Of a stretch of DNA of 64,000 bases, positions 63,453 through 64,000 are shown in pieces. The notes under the pieces are model-generated. The model had not been told where the DNA came from and did not search any database. It was given only the letters and a program-made list of their open reading frames with translations. The stretch comes from an uncultured SAR86 cluster bacterium (GTDB lineage: Bacteria; Pseudomonadota; Gammaproteobacteria; Magnimaribacterales; D2472): assembly GCA_902559885.1 (NCBI GenBank), contig CACEJU010000003.1, forward strand, positions 33,542 through 97,541. The letters are read 5' to 3'. The position numbers and the translations under genes are program-made. Each line of letters begins with the position of its first letter. The stretch's first letter is position 1.

Positions 63453-64000
63453 TTCTTCTTGTAGCGACCGCCTGAAAGCTGATTGCTAAACAAATTGAGC
63501 AATGAAGAAGCATATTTCATTAAAAATACAATTACTTTATATCTTATGCTTGGAATAGATAATCTTTTGCCTTTAAACATAGCATCAAGACCTTCTTCAG
63601 CTACTACTTTTGCATCAAGCTTCATAAAACTTGGAACATTATCCATCTGTTTCTGTGTTCCTGATGCTGTGTGAAAACCAGTAACTGTGTAACCAGGGCA
63701 AACTGAAGTAGAAGTTACCCCTCTATGTTTATAGTTAATATTTATACCGTCACTAAACCTATTCATGAATGTCTTTACAGGGCCGTATAAAACCTGAATA
63801 GTGGATGGTGGAGCAAATGAAGCCACAGAGGAAACAATCATTATTTTCCCACTACTTTGTTCAAGCATATTGGGCAAGAATACTTTAGTAAGAGCGATTA
63901 CTGAAATACCCAAAACTCTTAAGCAATCCTCTTCATCTTGCATTGGAGTTTTATGAAACTGGTGTGGAAGTGCATAACCTGCATTATTGATAAGAATCTC
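63449..64000 (-). CDS. SDR-family oxidoreductase, C-terminal part (5' end lies beyond the right edge)
   Basis: The frame is open upstream of the track Met through base 64000 and reads EILINNAGYALPHQFHK (NNAG motif). It then continues through YGPVK (YxxxK) and SVCPG. Confidence 0.75.
   Translation of the reverse strand, partial: EILINNAGYALPHQFHKTPMQDEEDCLRVLGISVIALTKVFLPNMLEQSSGKIMIVSSVASFAPPSTIQVLYGPVKTFMNRFSDGININYKHRGVTSTSVCPGYTVTGFHTASGTQKQMDNVPSFMKLDAKVVAEEGLDAMFKGKRLSIPSIRYKVIVFLMKYASSLLNLFSNQLSGGRYKKN

Overview
This is an AT-rich, tightly packed bacterial chromosomal window, with many 1-25 nt overlaps between adjacent genes. I call about 68 protein-coding genes and three tRNAs: Val-GAC, Leu-TAG and Arg-CCT. 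I see no rRNA, CRISPR array, transposase, integrase or phage genes. Gene content and synteny (smc-zipA-ligA, a complete System I ccm operon, dsbD, a TonB-dependent receptor, folE-maf-cysS, thrS-yidD) fit a streamlined marine gammaproteobacterium. SAR86-like is only my guess. Housekeeping blocks alternate with lipid and xenobiotic catabolism genes: three acyl-CoA dehydrogenases, a P450, an alkyl sulfatase, SDRs, an enoyl-CoA hydratase and a thioesterase. The points most worth follow-up are listed here. (1) The arginine operon argF'-argG-argA/B-argC-argH is of the N-acetylcitrulline (Xanthomonas) type. It is preceded by what reads as a trpL-like leader-peptide attenuator carrying tandem Arg codons, which would be a non-textbook way of regulating arginine synthesis. 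(2) The syntenic SMC is only 727 aa, with both head halves intact but no recognisable hinge. (3) An H-type pseudoknot resembling SAM-II/SAM-V riboswitches lies upstream of metY. (4) An adjacent acyl-CoA dehydrogenase pair has the asymmetry expected of alpha2beta2 heteromeric enzymes. (5) LigA carries a roughly 40-aa insertion inside its zinc finger. The 5' part of dnaX (1-917, minus strand) and the SDR gene at the right edge run off the window. dnaX is missing from the supplied ORF track. All family calls rest on motifs I recognised by eye, and no database search was run.
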